A stretch of 45,922 nucleotides of DNA, the filler included, from Jimgerdemannia flammicorona (taxonomy: Eukaryota), in the NCBI GenBank assembly GCA_003990765.1. It is 2 parts of 2 records of this genome, joined end to end, with 100 filler letters (N's around TTAATTAATTAA, not from the genome) between each part and the next. Parts side by side here need not be neighbours in the genome. Positions count along the whole stretch, not along the records: positions 1 to 22,917 come from RBNJ01001186.1; 1 more part is not named here. The stretch is one strand, 5' to 3'. The translations under genes and the position numbers were made by a program. Positions 1 to 13,417 of this stretch are shown in pieces (the first letter of the stretch is position 1; every line of letters starts with the position of its first letter). Under the pieces are notes generated by a model. It saw only the letters and a list, made by a program, of their open reading frames with translations, was not told the origin of the DNA and did no database searches.

Positions 1-315
1 AAGGAGAATTGGGTTCCCAAGAGCAAACGGTGTGCTTAAGCATTCGCTAGAGCATTCAGAATTGTTTGGCGAGTGCGGGGATTTACAAATTCGAAACATA
101 TTGGAGATGGCATCCAAAATTTTGTTTCACCACCCCAAAACATGTGAATCCCACAACCGCGCGGGAGGGGGTCAAAACTAGTGTTGATAAGCTGGCGTCT
201 TCCGTATCGATTTTAAGTGTCGTTGGTAACGAGGCACTCTAAAATACGTCGACCAGCGCTTAAGGGCGGGCACGGCTTTGTGGTCGGTCCGGGAGCTTAA
301 TAAGTTCGGACCGGG

Positions 316-567
316 TAAAGCCTAGCCTGAGGGCCTTCTTCTTTTCGCTTCCTGGGATATATTTTTTACAGTTTTTGCAACCTCACTTTGGCCGCTTACG
401 AACAGGTAAGCCTGGCCTTTGGGCATCCTTTTTTTCACTTCCGGAGATATACGTTTTTCACAGTTTTTGCAACCCCACTTTTGCGTTTGTGAATAAATAA
501 AGCCTGGCCTTCGGGCCTCCTTCTTCTCACTTCCCTGGGGTTTCCCAGTTTTTGCGACCTCACTTTT
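316..567. repeat. Imperfect tandem repeat, 3 copies, ~91-bp period
   Basis: Units start at 316, 407 and 498 (taa(a)gcct(a/g)gcc...cttcc...cagtttttgc(a/g)acc(t/c)cacttt). Confidence 0.8.
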
Positions 568-2618
568 CATGTATATACGGTTCAGCCACAACAGACGCGT
601 GTTTACTTAATGACAGTCCCCCAACTCTCGAAACCCCTCCATCAACTACGTGTTCCCGCCATCACGCGCTCCGCTGTCCCCCCTCGGGCACCTCAAACAC
701 CATCAACAGCAGTTCAAGACCCATGCTATACAACGCGCTCTGCAACAGCACGACGACTTCTCACCCCAGCGGGCGCGGGCGCCATCGCTGACCTGACCCG
801 TCCACTCGAATGATCCTTTGCCACAAGTTGTCTGCATCATCTATGCGGTCGGTGTCCATGAACGCAGAATCCCGGCGTCCAGACGTTGTTGCAGAATGGC
901 GGAACTAGGGACCCGGTAGGGGGCAAGAGAATTGAGGTGTACATATGTGGATCAGGTGGGTTTTCTAAAATAGCGGAGTGGTGTCGTATGGTGAAGTTTC
1001 GCATGGGTAATTTCTCAGTCGTCTTTAAATCGTTCATATACTCGAACCTCTCCAATTCCCTCCTCCACCAATTCAGCCCGATCCTTCCGCCACTCCTCCT
1101 GACCGCACCTCACCTCAGCCAGCGGGCCTGGTGCTCCACACCGCTGCCAAGCCGAGCTGCTCAAGAAGAATCCGTTCAAGAACTTCGACTCTGAATCTGA
1201 TCCGCGCGCCGTTAAGCCGTCTTCGCGTATCAAGACCCCCGCTGCCCCTTACATGAGTCGGTACTATATTCCTTATTTTTCAATCCACTCAATCACAGAA
1301 CATCCCTGCTAATGCTCCTCAAGTCGTAGGTCAATCCCATTCTTTCCCCAATTGTGCTAGCATCACAGCCCACGCTAACGTCAGCCCTCCAGCAGGGAGC
1401 GGAGGACAATTGAGGGCGATGAGTGGATCGACGGAACCGGCGAGCGGGGAAGGATCTGACCTCTCTCTATATAATGCGTAGAGGTCAATAGCTGAAATCT
1501 ATGGCACCGCTGGACTCCGATGACGAGGACGACGGCGACGGTAATGGCGATGGCAGTGATGGTGATGGTGGCGGGGAGGGGGGTGACGCAGACGATGGAT
1601 ACGGCGCGGAAACAAGAGATGAGTGGTTGTGGCGCAAGGTGATGAGGAATATTGCTATTCGTGTTTTGTACCAATTCCTCGATTCGGTTTCCCTGCTCGC
1701 ATTTGACGACTCAACATATAAAAATGATACCGAGGATGACAGAGACTGCCGTAACCGAGTTTAGAAAAGATGACGGACGTTCTTCAGAGCCAACTGTGTT
1801 CGGACTTGCTCTTATTTTCACACTTACGACCACGATGTTGTTGATGACATTTTGGACAGTGGAAGAGTGGTGCAATGCGAAATGTCGACCTAGTGCGTCA
1901 CCCAACAAGCAGCGGATAATTGTAAAAGGTCATGCGATTGCATTTGTTAAACACCGACCGCCGCATAAACGGCCGGAACAACATATACGTGTATTCAACA
2001 AATATGCAAGCTCGTGTAACACATTGCGGACTCACACAATTCCAAGTGCCAAAGTGGAAAGCCGATACTCATAGATTCGCACTCGCTTTCACTTTCATCC
2101 GTATCGATACCTTCGCCCGCGTCGCTATCTACATCCTCCTCATCGATGCGTATCTTGCACTCGTTTTGGATGGTGTATTCATTACCTGTAGTCGTGCTCA
2201 AGCACTTTTATAATATAGTTTTTTGCTTAGTTCATATATTGTCGTTGTGTAACTGAGCTTGTATGTTTGCCGCACTTGGTTGTCTGTATGTTTCTTGCCC
2301 AAGTGAAATGCCATGTCCGCATGCGAGCATGAATCGGCTGGATGACAATTCAACGATATCTTCGCATATAATTAGTTCACAAAGTTGCTTTTCGAATTAT
2401 ATATGTTCTGCATTCCACCTATCCTATCTCACCTTTCATTCCTTGTTAACATTTAGTAATTTCTCACGAAGCGGGTTTAAATTTGCCATTGCAATATTTT
2501 TTTATGGCAATATTGTTATTTTCTGATGACATCTTTTACGTTTGTAATTCATTGTTTTAGACATAATTGACCATTGAATTATCATTTATATTTTTATCAC
2601 ACTAGAAACGCTCTACAA

Positions 2619-3643
<1,025 letters not shown>

Positions 3644-4050
3644 TTTGTGAGAAGGAGACGACAGGACTTACCTTTTACACCAATTTCTAGTGCCCATTTC
3701 GGGTGCTACTTCATATATGCATTACACCCCGCCGCTTCATACATACTTAGCCATACGCTTGCTCGCCTATCGCTCTACGCTACATCCATTACGACTCCTA
3801 CTTTACATAACATTGTATCCCTTATTTATTTTCCCACCCGCCTCTCCTCTTTCTCTCAGGACCGCTCTCCTTCGGTTCCTGCGCATCTTTTAGCGCGACT
3901 CGCTTCAATACATGTTTTGCTCTCCCCCAACACACATACAACTTTAATTATCATCCAAATGAGTGGGCGGTGTGGGCCGTACGCATAGAACGCGTAGGAC
4001 GCGTACGGATGGGTATCGTTCGCCTTTTGAAGAGTTGACCAATTGTATGG

Positions 4051-4185
4051 TATTTTGGCCAATGTCAGCAAATGCGCGATTTTATGGCCGATGGCAGCTT
4101 CTTTTGGCCGATGGTGGCAATCGCGTGGTTTTTTTTTTGGCCGATGGTAGCAATTGCGCGGTTTTTATGGCCAATAGTAGCAATA
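4051..4185. repeat. Degenerate short tandem repeat, 5 copies of ttt(t/a)tggcc(g/a)at core, ~20-35 bp spacing
   Basis: ttttggccaatg, tttatggccgatgg, ttttggccgatgg, ttttggccgatgg and tttatggccaatag read directly in the sequence. Confidence 0.7.
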
Positions 4186-4264
4186 AAATGCTGGATTAGA
4201 TGGCTTATAGTTCATGGCTCATTTTAAAAAAAAATGCGTAGCAATAACCTTGGTTATTTGACAT

Positions 4265-4802
4265 TCACACATAGAGAATATTACATGTGTCATCATATAA
4301 CCTAGATTTGCCAAATCGATCTCCAGAGAGACGGAGGTGAGAGCATTTTGCAGACGTTGAGCAATCAATTGTTTTACGAATACTGAGATGACGGACCCCC
4401 TCCCCGACGTTTCTCTGCTGATGTTGATGGTGAACTCTCCAGACGCGAGCCGCGTCCTTGAGGCCGACGGCGGTGTAGCTAAGCGAGAACATGATTGCCG
4501 GCGGGTTAACCGACGCCAAGTAAAGCTAAACGCAAGGTTGCGCAGGATCGATCGTGCTTATTGCAGGATTTCAGCGAAGAGGAGAGTTATGATGGGAGGA
4601 TTGGACGGATGGAGGCGTATTATATACAATGCCCGATTAGGAGCTTGAAGTGCCAAACATGCCGATTTCCTTGGGATCCATTGCTGGCATCTTATCCTCG
4701 CCATCTTCGGTCCGCGCGCTTCTGCCCGGGGTCGAGGGTAGCCGCGTAACGGACATGGCGATCCCTGAAGACAGGGAGGGAGGTAGTAATGTCGGTGCTC
4801 AT
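4265..4802 (-). pseudogene. Flavin-reductase-like (FMN-binding split barrel, DIM6/NTAB type) pseudogene
   Basis: Fragments in shifting frames follow the family order: ATG 4802 MSTDITTSLPVFRD..., MDPKEIGMFG / FKLLIG, a probable intron, STIDP..RNLAFSF / LASVNPPAIMFSLSYTAVGLKDAARV / GEFTINISRE. Family pattern recalled: YKLL..PRPI..ST..NLAPFS.F..DPP..KDT..GEFTVNI. Confidence 0.55.
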
Positions 4803-5475
4803 TTTGAGTAGGATTGAATAAGAAGTATGGTCGAGGCGAATGGTTATATGGATCGTGGAGGAGCTACTCAGTTACTTTGGTAGCAGGATAAGGGCGGACA
4901 TGTTTGGCAGCAGGCCGATCGGTAATTGAGCGGACTTTTTTTTAATGGAGTTACTCGGGCATCTTGCCCGTTGACGGCTTGTATTCTGACGAATTTCGCC
5001 TGGCCTTCGAGTTATCCCTTAGTGTGTCACATTATGAAGGCAAATTTGCCTGCCTGTTTTATTATCATTATTATTATTATTATTATTTAGTACTTTTATA
5101 TAAGGCGATGCAAATTTGCCTACCAGATGTATATACTAAGAGATACTGGCTTGAATAGACAATGTTATCAGAAGGCCCGTTTTGCTGAGTAATCGTGTCT
5201 ATGGCGATGAATGGCGTGCTTGGGACGGACACCAGCTGGTATTAAAAGGGAAACAAAGCATCGAAACAAACACTGCAGTATATCTCTTACCGTAAGCCTA
5301 TTTATCAGATGGCATCATCAAGGATCTTTTACGTCGGAATTAGTAAATATATGATGTTTCGATTTCGCATTGTGAGGCAAACGTGAGCGCTATTGCAGTC
5401 GACCCCCTTTCCATCTTGGGTATCTTTTAGAAGTTTAGGTGTAGATTGGCCATTTACACTTTTATGTCATTTTCA

Positions 5476-6400
5476 TCATCGTCGAAGTCTGGTGATAGCC
5501 AGGTTGCCCAGATATTTTTCCGTGTCTGGGTCTGATCTCAACACCATCTCACTAATCGCCAGCGCCCGTTCGTACAATGGCTCTGCCTTGTCGTACTTGC
5601 CCTGGCTTCTGTGGAACACAGCCAGATGTTCAGAGATGTTGCCGTGGCTGAGTGTCTTATTACTAGTTTTGCTTCCAATATGGACACAGCCAGCTATGCG
5701 AGCTCTTCAGCGCCCTGGTAAGCAGCATTTGCCATCAAGTACTGAATAGTTTGGCCAAGGAAACTGATGAGAAAGACCCGGGAGTCAGCAGCCATTTGAT
5801 CCAGATCCTTCAGTTGTATAGGACATGTGGAAGGTGTACTTCATTTGATGTTCGGGTTGTAGATTGTGGTACTCCGCTAAGACGATTTCCTCTCTCAGCG
5901 CCGCAACAATGCGTTCTAACCACTGAATATGCTTACTGTTTTCCGTAGTATTACGAACGACTGTTTGAACCATTCGATCGCCAGCATATCGCTTGTTGGG
6001 TCAAATTTATTAATGTCAGCATTGGCGTCAGTATTGTCAGCATTTCTGATATTGTCTGTGGTAGTCCGCCGAACAAACGAAAAACTCGGCTAGCATATCA
6101 ATCGCGGAAAGAACAACCTGCTCGGCCAATTTGTCGAGTAGTTTACTTGTTTGTTCTAGGAAAGCTCAAGGGCATCATGTTTTCTTTGGAAAATGGATGT
6201 AGGTATTGCGTCCGGTTGGATAAAGGCCCAAGCATCAAGATTCGTGTTGCCAACGGATCTCGCTCCTTGATTTTATCAAACGACAATTTCCACGTCATAG
6301 TCACTGATATTTTGGTAGTTTCGATGTAGGAACGTGCTATATTGATGGCCAGCAGAAAATCAATCGAGCTCATGTACATTAATTTTAGCAGATAGACCAT
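5476..6400 (-). pseudogene. NLR-like NB-ARC (C-terminal helical/winged-helix part) + TPR pseudogene
   Basis: LAINIARSYIETTKISVTMTWKLSFDKIKERDPLATRILML, DMLAEFSFVRR, MLAI../MVQTVVR, then a kinesin-light-chain-type TPR ATATSLN/LAVFHRSQGKYDKAEPLYERALAISEMVL..DPDT. Multiple frameshifts and deletions; no P-loop is visible. Confidence 0.8.
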
Positions 6401-6505
6401 TCATGCATTTATTACAGCAGGGTACACCTTGTCGGGAAGATTGCTCCAGGCCGTCCCGTAGATAATTCTGTAAATCGAAAGAGCACAGGTATGGTCATTC
6501 AGGTT

Positions 6506-7440
6506 TCATGACATCGCCATTTTCAATCTGTTGCCGTAATGGGAAACAATATTTACTTTGGTCGACGCCGTAGGATTGAAAAGTTCAAGCATACGGTTTT
6601 CTTGCCATGTGGCTGTCGAAATCTGTGAATTCCTCTCCAACAAGTCCAACCATACAGATACCCCAGTTGCCAAACGATCCAATGGATTCAACGACAATGT
6701 CCCATTCGTATAGATCGCTGTAAACCTTTGTCTCTGGAACGGGAAGCCGTGCTGTCTTCCTTGTCATTTTCGAAGGTCCTGATGAAAACTCCCACAACCT
6801 GGTCATTTTCCGAAATGACCACTTGCGAACCGACTTTTGATCGATCTCACCGGGGACGCATCTTTTTACGACAAGCAAACGGATGCTCCGTAGTGCATAT
6901 GGTGTTCTTGCAGGCATGGTGGCAAAACGCCATGTAGTGTGGAGAAGACTCCGCAAATGTTTCGACTGCCTCCACGAGGCTCTTGAGTCGATGCGGGCAG
7001 ATGAGCGTAAGGTCAAAGTGGTTCAGAAGTTTGAGGAGCAAGGCGCGCGACATGCCATCTCCCAGCCGGGCTGTGCCGTTGCACCCTGCCACCATATCGT
7101 TAATGTTATGTAGGACAGCACGGCGCGCGTTCTCGTTACGTGCCCAAACCCAGTCAATGACGCAAAGCAACAGGTCGTGGCTGCCTCGGTGAGGAGTAGC
7201 TTGAGGGCCTCTTCGGAAAGGTCGGTCAGCTCGCCGATGGCGAATTTGTGAGCGCGGAAGGGAAAAAACAATGTGCTGCAGATGGGAGAGGAAATGATTG
7301 TGGGATCGGGGTACTCATTTTTTTTGCAATATACGGAATGGATGATATGGCCAGATGGTCCTCGGATTGTATGTTGCAAATACATAATCTCACTCCCGAC
7401 AGCCTCTTTTGCTTTGGAGCCCTTCCTACCTATGGCCAAA
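6506..7440 (-). pseudogene. BTB/BACK-SPRY-like protein pseudogene (BACK-like and SPRY-like parts)
   Basis: BACK-like LTDLSEEALKLLL../LCVIDWVWARNE..LLNHFDLTLICPHRLKSLVE, then R*(W)DRSKVGSQVVISENDQVV and YEWDIVVESIGSFGNWGICMVGLVGEEFTDFD. This resembles the WD..CGS.LIIEDN..FEWDVIIE..WVGV pattern of fungal BTB-SPRY proteins. In-frame TGA at 6847-6849 plus frameshifts. Confidence 0.55.
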
Positions 7441-7879
7441 ATTGTGATGTCAGCTCAAAGCACTTGCAACCAAAAAAAACCTCCGGGATATACGGTGCAA
7501 GAATCCCAACACCATTGTTGAGACGGTTACGCTGCGCCGGATTCGTGGAACCGGGGCCTGCTGACTTCTGGAATATCATCGCCATACCTAACAGAACGAC
7601 TCCAACTTGAGATTCGGTCATGTGACACAGCCCGGTTAATTGGGTGAGCCACGTTCGGAAATGTGTATGCATTTCTAATCATGTATTTGCTTCGAGCACT
7701 TTTTTTTTTTTTTTTTTTTTTTTTTTGCAAATCAAAAATATGGTTGCCACAGAACGAAGATTGCAAGGTGGTGAAGGGGTATTTTAAATTGAAAGCGCGG
7801 ACTCATCCTGACCTCATGCAACCGATCCACTCAGTTGAAATCCAAATCATCTCACCGCCAATAGAATCACTTGTTCCTT

Positions 7880-8040
7880 AACGAGATACGTTTACACCAC
7901 CCATCGACAAGCTGCCGCGCCTCCACATCCTTCTCCACACACAAGCCTCTGCGCGCGCCGCAATTTTCACCGCTCGGTAGGCCCCTTCTGTCCAAATCGA
8001 TGTTCATCGATGCCCACTTTCATAGCATAGTCTTATGCCC
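7880..8040 (-). pseudogene. Possible Sel1-like repeat relic
   Basis: Frameshifted fragments IRLCYESG../NIDLDR and GLCVEKDVEARQL resemble two Sel1 repeats (LG.CY..G.G...D...A). Confidence 0.3.
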
Positions 8041-9079
8041 ATTCTCTTTCTGGATCGTATTATTTTGGATGACATGATCACTCCCGTTAAAACGAAAAAA
8101 GGTGGCACTGGACACGTTAACAGTGGAATCGGTAATGCTCACCCTGTAAGTACACCCACTTTTCGGATATGGATCCCCTGTAGTTGCATATGTCTATACG
8201 ACATGCAACTCTATTCTTCGTGAAATCTCACATTTCGGTCACGCATGGCTTCCCATCAAAATACCCTACCCCCATTCAGCCACGACCACCAAGCAGTACA
8301 TCACATCCGAAGCCCAGACGACCACTCGCCATAACAAGCCACCCCGTCCCACGAGCAATGAACCTAAGATCTGACGAAAGCAGTGATACAGGGCGTGCGA
8401 AGATCTTTTGTCATGTATGATTGTGCGCAAAAGCATTATGAAAGGAAACGACGAAAGGAGCTTTGATAAACGCTCAATAAAGCACGGACCGGAGCGCGGA
8501 AGTGGGCGATGTCGCGAACGAAATGAAAAAGGTGTAAGGGGGAGAACAGAGGGGAAAAGGCAACGTTTTCGACCACGACGCGACAAAATGCACCGGAAGA
8601 ATTATAAGGTATTCTGGAGTGACGCAGCACCGCTTGGGGGCGGGCCTGCCGCCAGGATGAAATGGAGTTCGGGAAGGGTTCCACACGCGCCCAGATGTCG
8701 GGTGTATATACATACACATGCGGCAGGGGAGGGGTGCGGTGGGATGTGGGAAAATAATACACACAAGAAGGGGGGAGGGGGAGAATGAAAATAAAACGGA
8801 AAGGCATTGTCCGGGACCGATATATCACGAATTGATGGTTGTATTAACATCTCACAAAGAGTTTGGGAAGGTAGTGGACGAAACGGGTGGATAACAACGT
8901 GGGCAAAAGCCCGATGAAGAAAAAGAATAATGGAAAAACAGAAAATAGCAGTCAAACCAACGCCTGATCAGCCCCGCGCAGAAAGAAAAACAGGCGAGCA
9001 AAGCACAAGAAACCCGATGACGCCAAAGTAAAGGAAACCCACAAACGACAAAAAGAAGTGTGCACTTCCACCGTGGAAT

Positions 9080-10507
9080 TTAAGCAGTCGCCTTCGGTGC
9101 TTCCCCAACTTCCTCCTCCTCGTCATCATCATCGCCGTCATCATCATCTCCCGACTCTGCCTCTTTCTGGGAAGGGGGAGGCGCGTCACCAGAGAGAGCA
9201 ATGTTCATCTTCTGGACCTCCTCGAATTTTTCCTTGAACTGCTGAGCGTCTAGTTATATCAAAGAACATGAGAATTAATTTCAAATACACGCAATGTCAA
9301 GGATAATGACTTACAAATGCCACGTCTGGAGAGACTTCCCAAGTTCAACACCAATAAAATCTGCTCCTGCCCAAATCCAAATAAAAAAATAAAAGATCGA
9401 ACACTCACTGTCGGTATTGGCGAAGCGGATGGCCAGGGTCTGCTGCTCGGGCTGGCCGTCGGAGACATCGGCGGTAACGCTCCACACCCACGAACGGTCG
9501 GAGCCGACGTTGGGTGAGAGGATCATGTCGGGTGTGACTGTATGCAAAATGTACGGATGACGATTATTCCAACGCACGTTTTCCTCTTCGTTATATTGTC
9601 GTCACTCAACGACGGCAATTTTTCCGACCCGGCGAGATGAAAAGCGCCAACGATCCCGCGATCCTGACATCCAAAAAGAAAAGAAAAATCGCGGGGAAAA
9701 GAGGGCAAAAATACATACCGAGATGGTTGGCGCACACTTTGTAGGTCTTGTCACGGCGCATTACAAGACGGACCTTCTTGGTCTCCTTGTGCTGCAGGAA
9801 CTTGACGTCGCCTGTGCCACGCTCCTTCCACTCATTGAGGGCTTTGTCGAAGCGGAAGAGTTTGGCGCGCCTGGGGGGGTTGGGTTCGGGTCGTTAAGAG
9901 TCGGGTTAAATACCGACGCATGACTACCACTTCAGTGAGAGTGCCAAGCCAGCCCTCAAGAATTTAAAAAAACACCACTTACATCTTGAACAGGACGTCC
10001 TCGTCCTCCTCGAGGGTCTTGACCTCGACCTCGTCCAGCTTGACGACGGGCACAAAGTCCACTTCCGGAGAGGGTTCAACTTCCTAGTGATGATATGACG
10101 CGTCGGGGCATGCGAAAAAAAAAAAAAAAAAAAAAAACGGGCTGGCGGTTAGAGAGATGTTGCAGGCAAGATCCAAAGGGGAAGCGGGTTATGGTGACGC
10201 GTTGGTAGCTGTGAGGTGTTGCACGATGCACAAGAATGTGGCGGTCCGTTTCAGATCCCGAACGACAATGCGCGTCGCGTTCGTATAATCCTGGGCTGAC
10301 GTGTAGGTGAGACATAGGGAAACAGTCCACAAGCTGTATCCAATGTGCATTGCATGCGAGTGTACATTGACCGTGTCGGGCCCCGATGCGCGTCCTACGT
10401 AGTGATTCGCCACCAAATCTAGGAACATAGTTACAGGTTTAAACGGTGCAGATAATCACCTCAGGCGTCTCGTGCGCCTCGTGCTTGTCGGCAGGGGTCT
10501 TGTCCAT
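9080..10507 (-). CDS. YRB1: Ran-binding protein 1 (RanBP1/Yrb1), 5 exons, 199 aa
   Basis: Exons 10460-10507, 9983-10083, 9719-9870, 9409-9537 and 9080-9249 total 600 nt; all introns are GT-AG. Translation contains [64 protein letters not shown]...[11 protein letters not shown]...[20 protein letters not shown] plus an acidic tail. Confidence 0.97.
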
Positions 10508-11107
10508 GGTAGTTTGGGGTTTAATGTGGGTTGGACGGAGAAGTGGGGTGAGGGGTCGATGGAAGAGGGGGAGGGGTGGATTGGGGTGGATAGATGGATG
10601 GATGGATGGATGTGTTGAGAGGGGTGGAGGGGCTGAGGGGTTTGCTTATGAGAAAATACGTCATTCGGACTGTTTCACAACCGACCCAAATCAGATGCTC
10701 TGTCCATGTGAGCCTTTTCGTCAATGTCGACGTGGTGAACCGTGCGTTGACTTTATGTTGTCCCCTTTTGCACATCTCCATGTAATTGTATGACCAAGTC
10801 ATGTTGAAACCTCGTGGCAAACCAGAAGATGAATATTAAGGTTTGAGATGATGTGTTCACAATAACACTTTCCGGATGTCCGAACAATCCTGTTAAAAGT
10901 GACCAAAGTGGTTGGAAGCAAGGGTAGACATGGGAGCAGGCGGGATAATGAATGATGGGTTCTTTTCAAGGGTGTTTTATAGATCAAGCATGAGAATGCC
11001 AGCCTTTTATAATTATATCCAAATAATTCACCGATCACGTGTTCCCAACCTACACAGCTTCCTTCGCCCCTTTGTCTTCCCCCACCCCGCCATCCCATTC
11101 CTTCCCT

Positions 11108-11947
11108 ATGCCCGACCCATCTACCCTCCACCTCCACTACTCTGCTAGCCTCGCTGGTCTGCCGCTCGAGCTCGTGCGCCACATCCTCATGCACCTGACC
11201 GCCCGCGAAATGTGGCCCTGCCGCTTAACCTGCAAGCCTCTCCGCGCCGTCTGCTTAGAGCTAGTCCACCACCGTCTTCGTCGCTTCTTCGATACCGAAC
11301 GTTGGATGGTAAAGCTCTGGGCGGGAGTCGAGCGACCATTTGTTGTCTCCCGTCCGTTCGCACTCCACCCACCCACCCGCCTCCCCCGCGCCCCACCACG
11401 CCGTCTGGATTCCGCTTCCACCGACACGGACGACCCACCCGCGGTGCTGCACCTTCTGGGTCAGTTCTCGCACTTGGATCCCTTAACGTGCTCTGCATTC
11501 TTTGAACTCGCGGGCGTGACACGTGGGCACCCTATGACGGAGATACGAGTTGAGGTCGGGGGTCCACGGAGCCTGACGCTGTCGCGGACCAAGCACCAGG
11601 GGTTTACTGCGTTCATGTCATTTGTGGCAGGATCGGAGGGGAGGTTGGTGAATGTGTTCCCAATGACGCGGGAGCGGGTGCGGTTCGGAGTTGATTCGGC
11701 GCCCGAGAGGGAAGTCATGATTTGGAGGGAAGGGGGCTCGTCCAGGGTGTGGGAGGCTGTGTTTGTCGTGAGGGATGGTTCGACGGGTGGTGAAGAGGCG
11801 GCCAGGTGGGGACCCGTGCGGGGGGTGAGGAGGTGTGGCCCCGGGAAAGAGGCGCCGGATTCGTATGTCGTAGAGTTTGAGGGAGTGATGTGTGATACGC
11901 GGTGGTTGTTGGAGAAACTGGCACGTTGGAGTGAGGTTAGACAGTGA
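11108..11947 (+). CDS. F-box protein, intronless, ~279 aa, unknown C-terminal domain
   Basis: Open frame from ATG 11108 (the ORF-track start at 11039 is GTG). N-terminal LAGLPLELVRHILMHLTAREMWPCRLTCKPLRAVC matches the F-box consensus. Confidence 0.8.
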   Translation: MPDPSTLHLHYSASLAGLPLELVRHILMHLTAREMWPCRLTCKPLRAVCLELVHHRLRRFFDTERWMVKLWAGVERPFVVSRPFALHPPTRLPRAPPRRLDSASTDTDDPPAVLHLLGQFSHLDPLTCSAFFELAGVTRGHPMTEIRVEVGGPRSLTLSRTKHQGFTAFMSFVAGSEGRLVNVFPMTRERVRFGVDSAPEREVMIWREGGSSRVWEAVFVVRDGSTGGEEAARWGPVRGVRRCGPGKEAPDSYVVEFEGVMCDTRWLLEKLARWSEVRQ

Positions 11948-12220
11948 ATTCCCAAGTACGAACATAATGACAGTATGATAATCCCTCTCTCATACTTATT
12001 ACCGTCATTTAATGATTTCGTGTTATTGAGCCCGGTAATAACTACTTACAAACTATGCTGCCATCTGATCTCCTCAAACTACAAAGGTCCGACATACCTC
12101 GCCCTTTGCGAATCTAATCAGTGATAAACCGACGTTCAGGCCACACATAGCTTACGGGCCCACCGGTTGTACCGTCGTACACCCGAGCTTGGAATGCCAC
12201 GTGACCTAAAAGAATCAGGA

Positions 12221-12239
12221 TATATATAAACTATATAAA
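12221..12239 (+). promoter_or_regulatory. Tandem TATA boxes upstream of the GNAT pseudogene
   Basis: tatatataaactatataaa lies ~45-65 bp upstream of ATG 12285. Confidence 0.5.
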
Positions 12240-12284
12240 CAGCAGATTTTACGCCCTTCGTCTCAAATCTATTACAAGCAAGCA

Positions 12285-13417
12285 ATGTCCCCAACAGCAA
12301 CTCCATTGTCCGATGCACCACCCACGGCCTCCATCCCCACTCTCCATTTCCGCTGGTCGACCGCCTTAGACACGGCCCCTATCGCGCGGCTAGTCGATTC
12401 AGTTTTCGGCGCAAACCCGGACCTCCGCGGGATTTCCACATGCCAGTGTGTCGCTTGATGAGCGAGCGCATCCCGCGGTGCGGGCCGACAGACGTGTTGT
12501 TGGCCGTGGATCCCGCCCGGGAAAAGGAGGTCGGAGCGGATTACGTGGTGACGACCCTCGCAAGAGGTCGAGGTGGAGGGATGCCGGTTTACGGTGTTTC
12601 AGCCCGAGCTGGTCACATCAAATCCCGAGTATCGGAAGCAAGGCGCCGTGAGGAGGCTGTTTGAGATGGCGCATCAAAGATGTGACGAGGAGGGGTTTTT
12701 TGTGCAGGTGAGGAGTTGAGTTCATTCGCAATCATTACCCAATTTTCATCCTCTTTCGCTCAAACCATGTCTTCCTTCGACTACCATAGAGAATCATGAA
12801 CATCTCCCACTTCTATTGCCGCTTTGGCTACGATTACAGCACTCCCCTCCTCGCACACCGTACCGGCAGCCAAGCACATTCCTACCCTGAAATCCGACAC
12901 CCATCCTACGCGAGGCCACTCCTTCCGACATCCCGGATATTACACGTATCTACGCTAACCTCCAACGGCGCTCTCTCCTCTCGACGTACCTTCCCCCCAT
13001 TTCCTCGTCGCGGAATCTCTTGGCCCGCGCGACCTTACTGCCGCCACGCCTATCAAGTCCACCGAGGCTATGTACCTTTTCCACATGCTCGTTGACGCGC
13101 GCACCGGGGAGACGGTCGGGATAGTAGTTTTGTGGGACCCGCGGTGGACCGAGTACGTGCGCGTCTCGGTGGTGGAGGTCGACAAGGAGCGGGGGATCGG
13201 GATGCATACTGTTCTGCCGTCGTTGATGCGCGGGGTGAAGGCCATTGGAAAGGCGATTCCCAGGATGGAGACGACGGTTCCCGAGGAGATTGGCGGGATC
13301 AAGTGGACGCTTGGTGAAGAGCACCCGTTGTACGACGCTTTGAGCAAGCCACAGCTGGACCTCGTTGAGCGGTCCGATCGGTGGTACGTTTGGGGAGCGA
13401 TCACGCTGCACTTCTGA
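12285..13417 (+). pseudogene. Eis-like GNAT N-acetyltransferase pseudogene
   Basis: ATG 12285 MSPTAT..LHFRWSTALDTAPIARLV; acetyl-CoA motif A QPELVTSNPEYRKQGAVRRLFEMAHQRCDEEGFFVQ, intron (gtgagg ~12708), ISHFYCRFGYDY, and C-terminal IKWTLGEEHPLYDAL..WYV. Several frameshifts and deletions. Confidence 0.75.

Noticed and set aside
1165..2074. Possible spliced gene relic (acidic D/G tract, intron-like 1261-1384, ORF 1652-2074)
   Set aside because: Looks coding-derived, but I cannot join the frames or recognise a family.
8184..8955. Overlapping ORFs downstream of RanBP1
   Set aside because: Low-complexity UTR or intergenic composition with no recognisable motifs.
10084..10459. Intronic snoRNA in the long first intron of RanBP1
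   Set aside because: Only a short hairpin and chance ANANNA/ACA matches; no convincing two-hairpin or C/D structure. An Infernal/snoReport search would be needed.
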